Of a stretch of 32,000 bases of DNA, positions 18,227-25,328 are shown piece after piece. The notes under the pieces were generated by a model that saw nothing but the letters and a program-made list of their open reading frames with translations, did not search any database and was not told the DNA's origin. This DNA comes from Gemmata obscuriglobus (GTDB lineage: Bacteria; Planctomycetota; Planctomycetia; Gemmatales; Gemmataceae), in the NCBI RefSeq assembly GCF_008065095.1, contig NZ_CP042911.1, forward strand, positions 1,320,001-1,352,000, in the 5' to 3' direction. Both the position numbers and the translations under genes were made by a program. Numbering within the stretch: the stretch's first letter is position 1; every line of letters starts with the position of its first letter.

Positions 18227-18251
18227 TACATTTGACCGGTACGCGGCTTCA

Positions 18252-18341
18252 TAGTCATACACAGTTCACCTGCACCGCCATGATACAGTGAGCGACACAA
18301 CTATGGCCGATGGCGGTGTCAGGTGCAGCGCCGGGTTCGGC
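18252..18341 (-). repeat. attC-like repeat 1 (array-terminal, outer R box lost)
   Basis: CACCTGCACCGCC ... GGCGGTGtCAGGTGcAGCGCCGGGTTCGGC is intact. The left R box is TAGTCAT instead of GCCGAAC. Loop type b (..GTGAGCGACACAAC..GATGG). Confidence 0.6.
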
Positions 18342-18687
18342 TCGCTCACCTCCGCGGTTCCGGGCGATACGCTTCGCACCGCGCATCCGCGGAGCCCGGG
18401 CCACCGGTGCGGCTCTGCGGAGCACCACCGACCCCACGCGCCGTGTCCCGGCACATCGGAGACCACCCACCACCGACACCCGCGGCGGCGAGCCGCGCCG
18501 ACCACCGACGGGCGCCACGCGGAGCACCACCGACCCGCAATCACCGTGTCCCCGCCCGCAACCGGCCACGCCCAACCGCCACTCGCGGCGACGAGCCGCG
18601 CGGGCCATCGGCGGGGACCACACGACCGTCTGACCCGACGCGGACCACACCGTCAGCGCCGCACGCGCCCTCATGCGGCTTGGGGTG
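18342..18687. repeat. Low-complexity ORF-less cassette, copy A
   Basis: 346 bp, C/A-rich and T-poor on the + strand. GGAGCACCACCGACC recurs at 18419 and 18521 (102-nt period). Homologous to copies B-F. Confidence 0.7.
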
Positions 18688-18778
18688 GCCGAACATAAAG
18701 CTCACCTGCACCGCCATCATCGGATGAGCGATGCGTTCCAGATCAGCGGGCGGTGTCAGGTGCAGCGCCGGGTTCGGC
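18688..18778 (-). repeat. attC-like repeat 2
   Basis: 91 nt: GCCGAACATAAAGCTCACCTGCACCGCC-[loop a]-GGCGGTGTCAGGTGCAGCGCCGGGTTCGGC. Confidence 0.8.
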
Positions 18779-18783
18779 CGATG

Positions 18784-19274
18784 CTACTCCCGCCCCAACC
18801 CGATTACGAGGTGACACCATTCCTGGATCTCAGGCTCATTGGGTGACCGTCGGAAGATGGCATAATACCGGCCCCCGTCCGAGCCTTCTACCAGGTAGCA
18901 CACACCATCTACCCCGTAGTCCGAAACCAGCACGGGCTGTGACCACAGCGATAGATGGCCAGCGCCCGCTCGACCTCGGCAGACTCTACGGCGGTCAATC
19001 CACGCTCCTCGAACTCCTGCGGCTGGTCTATGGCCGCGTCCTGAGGCAAGAACCCTCGCCTGCGGGTCACCCGCCACCCGCTCGCGGCGACTTCCAACCG
19101 GATGCTGCACCGGCGGCCCCAGGTCGGCTCGGCGTAGAGCCGGTATGCCCGCACCCCATCGCCACGGGGGAGCGGCAACTCGCCCATCGCCCGCAGCATG
19201 GTGGCAAGCCCGTGTGACACCTTCTCGGGGTTGCACAGGTCGGGCGGCCACGGCAATCCCGAGAAGTACTCCAT
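18784..19274 (-). pseudogene. Cassette ORF, orphan, interrupted by a 1-nt frameshift
   Basis: ATG 19274 (AGAGG upstream) reads MEYFSGLPWPPDL...ERALAIYRCGHSP and stops at 18909. The protein-like continuation PVLVSDYGVDGVCYLVEGSDGGRYYAIFRRSPNEPEIQEW... is in another frame and runs to TAG 18784. The shift lies in the C run near 18925-18935. Confidence 0.6.
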
Positions 19275-19289
19275 CTGTGTACCTCTGGT

Positions 19290-19380
19290 GCCGAACAATA
19301 AGCTCACCTGCACTGCCAGGATCGAGTGAGCAACACAACGCAGATCAGATGGCGGTGTCAGGTGCAGCGCCGGGTTCAGC
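19290..19380 (-). repeat. attC-like repeat 3
   Basis: 91 nt, loop type b. The right R box is GTTCAGC (1 mismatch) and the L box is CACCTGCACTGCC. Confidence 0.75.
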
Positions 19381-19424
19381 ATTTTGGGCCGGCCGGGTAA
19401 CTTGCTAAGCCAGGACACACCGCC

Positions 19425-19823
19425 TCATTCGAGTGGCCTCAAGACCAACGGGGGGAACCGCCCTGGCTCGAAACGCTCGGCCTGTCCGACGATTCGCATG
19501 TGGTCCTCGTGTTCGCTGATCTGATCGACCGTTGCGATCACCCACTCCCAGTGGCGCACCTCGGGAGACGGGGAGCACTTCGACAATGCGCCCAACCAGA
19601 ACCGAACGCTCATTGAGCCGAGATTCTCCAATTCTGACCTAAGGAACTCCGGCAAGTTCGGTGATTCAGCCTGGTCTTCACCCCAATCGAAGACATCAGC
19701 CCACAATGATCGGGGCACAACGACCTCATACCCCGTCGGTTGAAAGGGGCGCGTCTTCAGTTTAACCCACGCGGCCTTGAAGGGAACAGCGGTGCCACCG
19801 ATGGTGAAGGACGGTGTTTGCAT
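19425..19823 (-). CDS. Cassette ORF, hypothetical (132 aa)
   Basis: ATG 19823 is 5 nt after GGAGG and 14 nt after repeat 4. It has its own TGA 44 nt before repeat 3. Lower GC than the surroundings. Confidence 0.65.
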   Translation of the reverse strand: MQTPSFTIGGTAVPFKAAWVKLKTRPFQPTGYEVVVPRSLWADVFDWGEDQAESPNLPEFLRSELENLGSMSVRFWLGALSKCSPSPEVRHWEWVIATVDQISEHEDHMRIVGQAERFEPGRFPPLVLRPLE

Positions 19824-19836
19824 CGCACCTCCGGCC

Positions 19837-19926
19837 GCCGAACAGAAAGCTCACCTGCACCGCCAGGATGGAGTGAGCGACACAACGGCGGCTGATGGCG
19901 GTGTCAGGTGCAGCGCCGGGTTCGGC
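19837..19926 (-). repeat. attC-like repeat 4
   Basis: 90 nt, loop type b. Confidence 0.8.
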
Positions 19927-20286
19927 TCGCTCGCCTCCGCGGTTCCGGGCGACACGCCGAGCTTGGCGCATCCGCGGAACCCGCGGCACCGGTGCGGCCG
20001 AGCGGAGCCCCACCGACTCGAATCGCCGTGTCGCGGCCCACCGGTGGCCACCCATCACCGCACCTCGCGGCGACGAGCCGCGCCCGCCCTGACGCGCGCC
20101 ACGCGGAGCACCACCGACCCGAACCGCCGTGTCCCCACCCGCACCCCGGCCACGCCCAACCACACCTCGCGGCGACGAGCCGCGCCCGCCCCGACCGGCA
20201 CCACGCGGAGCCACCACCGACGCGTGGGCGTCACCTTCGCGGACCACACGCCCACCACCGCACGCGCGATCCAGAACGCGAAGGTG
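19927..20286. repeat. Low-complexity ORF-less cassette, copy B
   Basis: 360 bp. GCGGAGC.. unit starts at 20002, 20103 and 20205 (101/102-nt period). Confidence 0.7.
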
Positions 20287-20377
20287 GCCGAACATAAAGC
20301 TCACCTGCACCGCCATCACACGATGAGCGGTGCGTCACAAGTCAGCGGGCGGTGTCAGGTGCAGCGCCGGGTTCGGC
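20287..20377 (-). repeat. attC-like repeat 5
   Basis: 91 nt, loop type a. Confidence 0.8.
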
Positions 20378-20733
20378 TCGATGCCCTCGGCGGTTCGGGG
20401 TCGCACGCCGAGCGCCGCGCATCCGCAGAGCCCGCGGCACCGACGCGGCTGGGCGGAGCACCACCGACCCGACGCGCCGTGTCCCGGCACACCGGAGGCC
20501 GCCCACCACCGCACCTCGCGGCGATGAGCCGCGCCGACCACCCACGGGCCACACGCGGAGCACCACCGACCCGCACCGCCGTGTCCCGACACATCGGAGG
20601 CCACGCCCAACCGCAAGCTCGCGGCGATGAGTCGCGCCAGACCCGACCGGCACCACGCGAAGCCCGACGCGCGCGGTTCACCACCGCGGACCACACGCAC
20701 ACCGCCGCACGCGCGCTCCTGCACGCGATGGTT
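20378..20733. repeat. Low-complexity ORF-less cassette, copy C
   Basis: 356 bp. Unit starts at 20453, 20555 and 20657 (102-nt period). About 25 T in 356 nt by hand count. Confidence 0.7.
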
Positions 20734-20824
20734 GCCGAACATAAAGCTCACCTGCACCGCCATCATACGATGAGCGGTGCGTTCCAAGTCAGCGGGCGGT
20801 GTCAGGTGCAGCGCCGGGTTCGGC
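20734..20824 (-). repeat. attC-like repeat 6
   Basis: 91 nt, loop type a. Confidence 0.8.
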
Positions 20825-20831
20825 GCTGCGT

Positions 20832-21316
20832 TTACTGCCCATCCGGCTGCCTGTTGCGCATGTGCGCGAACAATTTGGGGTATGGGAGGTCCACACGGTT
20901 CCAATCCGCGTAGCAGGCGGTGAGCCCGCAGGCCACGCACCGGCACCCGATATACACCCAGCGCACGTCCTCGCTGCCTTCGTACAGTGAAGCCCCGACC
21001 GTGATCTCGTAGTGCGTTGGCCCGCGCTCGGTACAAGGGCACCCGCAGCACTCGGTGTCGGCCCCAGGGTCACCCTCATAGTAGCCGTCGATGTTACGGT
21101 CGTGGGACAGGTAGTGGGCGCCGCACGCCTTGCAGAACCACGCGCCTCGCCATACTCCTCGTCGATCTGCAGCGAGAACACCCGGCCACTGCAGTCGCAC
21201 ACCGCGTCGGCAAAGACTGTGAGCGGGTCGGCCTTGCCGCAGGTGCGGGTCAGCACCTCACGGATGTCCGCGGCGGTGTCGCCGTACCAGAACTCGCCCC
21301 GCTCCCGGATCGCCAC
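20832..21316 (-). pseudogene. Cassette ORF, Cys-rich (zinc-ribbon-like) protein interrupted by a 1-nt frameshift
   Basis: GTG 21316 (AGGAG 9 nt upstream) reads AIRERGEFWYGDTAADIREVLTRTCGKADPLTVFADAVCDCSGRVFSLQIDEEYGEARG. The sensible continuation AWFCKACGAHYLSHD...CCGCPC...CRCVACG...RQPDGQ* is in another frame (switch near 21140-21150). Confidence 0.6.
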
Positions 21317-21333
21317 GCCATGCGTCTCCTGCT

Positions 21334-21424
21334 GCCGAACATAAAGCTCACCTGCACCGCCATCACCCGATGAGCGATGCGTCACAACTCCGCGGGCGGT
21401 GTCAGGTGCAGCGCCGGGTTCGGC
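21334..21424 (-). repeat. attC-like repeat 7
   Basis: 91 nt, loop type a. Confidence 0.8.
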
Positions 21425-21470
21425 TTCTGCGACCCCCGCGCCGTGCATTTGCGGGGCGGGGCCAGCCGGC

Positions 21471-21725
21471 CTACAAGGATGGACGCGGCGGGTCGGGCCA
21501 GTTGGCCTCAGACTCGCACTCACGCTGGTACTCCCGCCACGACCGCAACCCTTGGGCCCGCCGCTTGGCGTTGCCCTTGCGCCGCCGCCGCTCCTCGCAC
21601 CGCTTGGTGAACTCGTCGTGCCAGCGGTACTCGTACATCACGTTCGCCGACCGGACGTACTTGCGGAACCTCCGCAGGGCCGACGTGAGCGACTCGCCCT
21701 CGCAGACCTCCACTCGGACACCCAT
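21471..21725 (-). CDS. Cassette ORF: ribosomal protein bS21-like paralogue (84 aa)
   Basis: MGVRVEVCEGESLTSALRRFRKYVRSANVMYEYRWHDEFTKRCEERRRRKGNAKRRA lines up with bS21 (MPxIxV.E.ES.E.ALRRFKR...E.R.RE.YEKP.E.RKR...A.KR). Confidence 0.7.
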   Translation of the reverse strand: MGVRVEVCEGESLTSALRRFRKYVRSANVMYEYRWHDEFTKRCEERRRRKGNAKRRAQGLRSWREYQRECESEANWPDPPRPSL

Positions 21726-21777
21726 CGCTATGCGGCTTGTACGGCTGCCGCGACGCCGGTTGAAAGAGCTTTCTGGG

Positions 21778-21868
21778 GCCGAACAAATAGCTCACCTGCA
21801 CCGCCATCACCGGATGAGCATTGCGTCCCGAATCAGATGGCGGTGTCAGGTGCAGCGCCGGGTTCGGC
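21778..21868 (-). repeat. attC-like repeat 8
   Basis: 91 nt, loop type a. Confidence 0.8.
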
Positions 21869-22165
21869 ATCTGTAGCGGCTGCGGTGAAGCGACCGCCCT
21901 GGAACCCGAGCCGCAACGGCGCCCAGCCCGCGGTTGATGGCCAGCCCAGCGACGCCGCGAACCGCACCGCTTCGGCCACGAACCGGGGCGTGACCACGTG
22001 AGGCTCGGCCCCCGGCCCGTCCGGCTCTAGCCAGTCCCGCCAGCCCCAATCGACGTAGAACTGGGGGCCGCTGCGGTCGCCCGGGATGACGACCAACACG
22101 TCGTTGAACCGCCAGCGGAACGGCCGGCCGTCAACCACGATCCGCCGTAGTGGTCCCCACCCCAT
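21833..22165 (-). CDS. Cassette ORF, hypothetical (110 aa), stop codon supplied by the attC-like repeat
   Basis: ATG 22165. MGWGPLRRIVVDGRPFRWRFNDVLVV...GWPSTAGWAPLRL. It reads in frame into repeat 8 (...TDAEPGAAPDTAI*). The IS3 element is inserted 13 nt upstream of the ATG. Confidence 0.6.
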   Translation of the reverse strand: MGWGPLRRIVVDGRPFRWRFNDVLVVIPGDRSGPQFYVDWGWRDWLEPDGPGAEPHVVTPRFVAEAVRFAASLGWPSTAGWAPLRLGFQGGRFTAAATDAEPGAAPDTAI

Positions 22166-22243
22166 CGTGCGCCCCGGTTATAGTGGACCCCGAAAACTGG
22201 ACCGCCGGTTAAGCTATACCGGAGGCCCAGGAAAGGGGAACCC

Positions 22244-22531
22244 ATGGCGGGCAAGCGGAAGAGTCACTCGGCGGCGTTCAAGGCCCAGGTCGCGCTGGCG
22301 GCCCTCAAGGGCGACAAGACCATCAACGAACTGGCGAGTCAGCACGGCGTCCACCCGACCCTGATTCATGGGTGGAAGAAGCAGTTGCTCACCGGGGCCG
22401 AGGCCGTGTTCGCCTCGGGGGCGAAGGGCACCGGCCCCCCGGAAGACAAGACGACCGAGTTGTACGAGCAGATCGGCCGCCTCAAGGTGGAACTCGACTG
22501 GGTGAAAAAAAAATCGGCCGCCCTCGGCTGA
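22244..22531 (+). CDS. IS3-family transposase OrfA (HTH)
   Basis: MAGKRKSHSAAFKAQVALAALKGDKTINELASQHGVHPTLIHGWKKQLL. Coiled-coil tail. An A9 run (22505-22513) lies near the 3' end. Confidence 0.85.
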   Translation: MAGKRKSHSAAFKAQVALAALKGDKTINELASQHGVHPTLIHGWKKQLLTGAEAVFASGAKGTGPPEDKTTELYEQIGRLKVELDWVKKKSAALG

Positions 22532-22601
22532 GGCCAAGCGTGCCCGGATCGAGGCCGAGCACCCGGAGCTGAGCGTCCGGCGCCAGTGCGAGCTGATCGG
22601 A

Positions 22602-23372
22602 TTGAACCGCTCGACGGTGTACTACGAGCCGACCCCGGAGAGCGCGGAGAACCTGACGCTGATGCGGTTGATCGACGAGCAGTACACGACGTGCCCGTTC
22701 TACGGGAGCCGGCGCCTGGCCGCGTGGCTGGGCACCCAGGGCCACGAGGTGAACCGCAAGCGGGTGCAGCGGCTGTTGCGGATCATGGGGTTGGAGGCCC
22801 TGTACCCCAAGCCCAAGCTGTCGGTCGGGTCCGGGCACAAGGTGTACCCGTACCTGTTGCGGGGCGTGGCCATCGACCGGGTCCATCAGGTGTGGAGCAC
22901 GGACATCACGTACATCCCGATGCCCACCGGGTTCATGTACCTGGCCGCAACGATGGACTGGTTCAGCCGGTACGTGGTGGCCTGGCGACTGTCCAACACG
23001 TTGGACGGGTCATTCTGCCAGGACATGCTGGAGGAGGCCTTGGGCCGGGGCAAGCCGGAGGTGTTCAACACGGACCAGGGAGTCCAGTTCACGGCCGCCG
23101 CGTGGGTCGGGCGATTGGAGCGGGCCGGGGTCGCGGTGAGCATGGACGGGCGGGGCCGGTGCCTGGACAACGTGTTCGTGGAGCGCCTGTGGCGGAGCGT
23201 CAAGTACGAGGACGTGTACCTCAAGGGTTACGAGTCGGTGCCGGCCCTGGAGAGTGGGCTCCGGGCGTACTTCGGGTTCTACAACACCGAGCGGTTACAC
23301 CAGTCCCTGGACTACCGCACCCCGGCTCAGGTGTATGGCGTCGGAGCCACGAAGGCCCCGACGAAACAGTAG
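22602..23372 (+). CDS. IS3-family transposase OrfB (rve/DDE integrase core)
   Basis: The frame is open from 22506. HPELSVRRQCELIGLNRSTVYYEP...VWSTDITYIPM...FNTDQGVQFTA...MDGRGRCLDNVFVERLWRSVKYE (D, D, E blocks). It is in the +1 frame relative to orfA. Confidence 0.85.
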   Translation: MNRSTVYYEPTPESAENLTLMRLIDEQYTTCPFYGSRRLAAWLGTQGHEVNRKRVQRLLRIMGLEALYPKPKLSVGSGHKVYPYLLRGVAIDRVHQVWSTDITYIPMPTGFMYLAATMDWFSRYVVAWRLSNTLDGSFCQDMLEEALGRGKPEVFNTDQGVQFTAAAWVGRLERAGVAVSMDGRGRCLDNVFVERLWRSVKYEDVYLKGYESVPALESGLRAYFGFYNTERLHQSLDYRTPAQVYGVGATKAPTKQ

Positions 23373-23425
23373 CGAAGGATAGCAACTTTTTGGTCTAGAC
23401 AATGGGGTCCACTGTAGGCCCTCCC

Positions 23426-23515
23426 GCCGAACGAACAGCTCACCTGCCTGCCCCGTCGGAGGACGCGCCGGGCGCCACGTTAGCGGGGCAGGTCAGGTGC
23501 AGCGCCGGGTTCGGC
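23426..23515 (-). repeat. attC-like repeat 9 (divergent L box)
   Basis: 90 nt. GCCGAACGAACAGCTCACCTGCCTGCCCC ... GGGGCAGGtCAGGTGCAGCGCCGGGTTCGGC. The L-box change is compensated on both arms. Confidence 0.75.
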
Positions 23516-23588
23516 CTCTTGGGGGATGTAGTCCAGAAACACCGGTTGGTGCTCTTGAACCACGAAGTCCCAACAGTACCGCTCGGTG

Positions 23589-23969
23589 TCATTGTTGGGC
23601 GGACTCAAAGGCTGCGATGACGTGATCGATGTCTCTGGGGATCGGGCGAGGGAGCTGCCCGTGTGGCGCTGGGTCGATGCAAACGTGCTGGGTTCCATTT
23701 TCTCTGGCCCTTCGCAGGTAGTAAGTGGCTTCGTGCCGGGTGTACGGTCTGAATCCCGCAAGACCTGGCACGGTGCCGATGTGGTCTTGGGCGAAACGTT
23801 CCGCGAGATCGCTGTCACTGAAGAGTGGCAGCATACGCCCGGCACGTGATCCGTCGGCCACGAGGTCTACGGTGAAAAGTCTTGGCGGATCACCGTGGAC
23901 CATGAACCACGGCAGCCCGATGAGAACGAAAACATTCGGCGATTTGGCCGACTCTTCACCCATTTGCAT
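23589..23969 (-). CDS. Cassette ORF, hypothetical (126 aa; weak SseB-like flavour)
   Basis: ATG 23969 or 23963 after GGAAGG. ...RMLPLFSDSDLAERFAQDHIG... It has its own TGA. GC is clearly lower than in neighbouring cassettes. Confidence 0.6.
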   Translation of the reverse strand: MQMGEESAKSPNVFVLIGLPWFMVHGDPPRLFTVDLVADGSRAGRMLPLFSDSDLAERFAQDHIGTVPGLAGFRPYTRHEATYYLRRARENGTQHVCIDPAPHGQLPRPIPRDIDHVIAAFESAQQ

Positions 23970-23989
23970 TACCTTCCGTTGACTTCAGT

Positions 23990-24079
23990 GCCGAACGGAC
24001 AGCTCACCTGCACCGCCATGCCCCCTTTAGGCTCGCACCTGCTGACGATGGCGGTGTCAGGTGCAGCGCCGGGTTCGGC
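23990..24079 (-). repeat. attC-like repeat 10 (unique loop)
   Basis: 90 nt. Standard R and L boxes with loop ATGCCCCCTTTAGGCTCGCACCTGCTGACGATGG. Confidence 0.8.
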
Positions 24080-24088
24080 GGATTGGGA

Positions 24089-24790
24089 TCAGGGCATGCT
24101 TGATGACTGCGGAGCGGCTTGGGTATTCGGTGTTTGTTTGTGCTTGTCAATCTCTGCGAAGTAGCGACCGCCGAAGAACGCCACGACCGAGGCGATGCCC
24201 GCGAGAAGGACTGTGGTAACTGCCGTGATGACCGCGAGACGCTTCTTGTAGCTGTAATCCTGAGCCGTTCGCTTCGATTCTTGCGACTCTTGCCACGCGC
24301 GGCGATCCTTCTCTTGGGCTTCTTGCCACTGGCGGTTCTTCTCATCCTTCTCGTCCTGCTTGCGGTCGCGTTCATTCTGCCACTGTCGCGCCTTCTCGGC
24401 TTCGGCGGCTTGGTGAGCGCGGTTTTTGTCGGCTTCGGTCGCGTTCTTCTCTTGCACTTCTCGCGCGACCTCTCTTGCGGTAATCATTTCGGCATGCTCC
24501 TTTGGACTGTGCCCAGATTCAAATGCACAGTAATCGGAACATGCTCGCTCTGAGTTGATGGCGGCTACATACGATTTCTGCTTGTCCCGCGTATCCTCGA
24601 ACTGGCGTTTGTAATCCTCTTCGGGTCCGGCGTGGCCGTGGAAACAGAACGGCGAATGTCGAGCACCAGGAAAAGAGGTTGACTTGCCGGTGCGGCGCCA
24701 CTCCAAGTCAACGAGCTTCAACTCGGGGTCGTGATCCACTTTCCCGGAGAGGAACCCACAGTTAGCGCATCGGACCTTGGGCGATTCCAT
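24089..24790 (-). CDS. Cassette ORF: zinc-ribbon / charged coiled-coil / C-terminal TM protein (233 aa)
   Basis: ATG 24790 after AGAGGGG. CANCGF...FCFHGH. EAEKARQWQNERDRKQDEKDEKNRQWQEAQEKDRRAWQESQE. TM helix LAVITAVTTVLLAGIASVVAFFGG. The most AT-rich cassette in the array. Confidence 0.7.
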   Translation of the reverse strand: MESPKVRCANCGFLSGKVDHDPELKLVDLEWRRTGKSTSFPGARHSPFCFHGHAGPEEDYKRQFEDTRDKQKSYVAAINSERACSDYCAFESGHSPKEHAEMITAREVAREVQEKNATEADKNRAHQAAEAEKARQWQNERDRKQDEKDEKNRQWQEAQEKDRRAWQESQESKRTAQDYSYKKRLAVITAVTTVLLAGIASVVAFFGGRYFAEIDKHKQTPNTQAAPQSSSMP

Positions 24791-24810
24791 CCGCGCATTC
24801 CCCTCTGGTT

Positions 24811-24901
24811 GCCGAACATAAAGCTCACCTGCACCGCCATCATCGGATCAGCGATGCGTTCCGAATCAGCCGGCGGTGTCAGGTGCAGCGCCGGGTTCGG
24901 C
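24811..24901 (-). repeat. attC-like repeat 11
   Basis: 91 nt, loop type a. Confidence 0.8.
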
Positions 24902-24906
24902 GTGCC

Positions 24907-25311
24907 TTATTGGGCGTCGCGGGCCTCCTGCCGCAGCTCCGCCAGATACACCTCGAAGCTGCCGTACCGCTCCTCGACCTCGTGGGCCTCGTGTTGGTAG
25001 AACCCGACACCCCACATGGCACCACCGCGGTCCACGAACCAGTAGTCCCCAGCCCCGTTGGTGCCGACGACGAGGTAGCTCGCTGGCCACGGCTCCTCGT
25101 CCTCACCAACGGTCATCCAGGCCGCCCGCTGCCGCGCCGCCAAATTCTCTCGGATGATGGCATCCGCGTCGGTCCACAGCACAGCGCGTTGCGGGAGGGT
25201 CGCCTTGATCCGGCGAACTTCGTCAGCGTGGCGGCGGAGGAAGTCGCGGTACTCGCCGGGCAGCGGATGGCCGAGCGCCGACTCGATCCGGGCAACCTCG
25301 GCTTCGCCCAT
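24907..25311 (-). CDS. Cassette ORF: SMI1/KNR4 (SUKH-1) family immunity-type protein (134 aa)
   Basis: ATG 25311 is 8 nt after GGAGGG. VARIESALGHPLPGEYRDFLRRHA ... YLVVGTNGAGDYWFVD ... SFEVYLAEL. Confidence 0.75.
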   Translation of the reverse strand: MGEAEVARIESALGHPLPGEYRDFLRRHADEVRRIKATLPQRAVLWTDADAIIRENLAARQRAAWMTVGEDEEPWPASYLVVGTNGAGDYWFVDRGGAMWGVGFYQHEAHEVEERYGSFEVYLAELRQEARDAQ

Positions 25312-25328
25312 CCGAGAGCCCTCCGGGT

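Larger units (their letters stand above)
22179..23416 (+). mobile_element. IS3-family insertion sequence (~1.24 kb)
   Basis: Terminal inverted repeats TATAGTGGACCCC (22179-22191) and GGGGTCCACTGTA (23404-23416), 12/13 matching. Carries orfA and orfB. Boundaries are +/- a few nt and no clean target duplication is visible. Confidence 0.8.

Noticed and set aside
19777-20913. 378-aa + strand ORF, and other long ORFs in several frames across the low-complexity cassettes (e.g. 20335-21051(-), 25154-26146(+), 18255-18674(-), 30712-31323(-))
   Set aside because: These ORFs run straight through the attC-like repeats and exist in multiple overlapping frames because the DNA is nearly stop-free. The tandem unit period is 101 nt in some copies and 102 nt in others, so homologous units are read in different frames. 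There is no SD or start context. A low-complexity Arg/Gly-rich peptide cannot be fully excluded.
23480-23845. 121-aa minus-strand ORF ending ...FLDYIPQEAEPGAAPDLPR inside repeat 9
   Set aside because: It overlaps the better-supported ORF 23589-23969 in another frame. Only its last ~25 codons (23516-23590) are unique. It may be a remnant of an older cassette 3' end but is not supportable as a gene.
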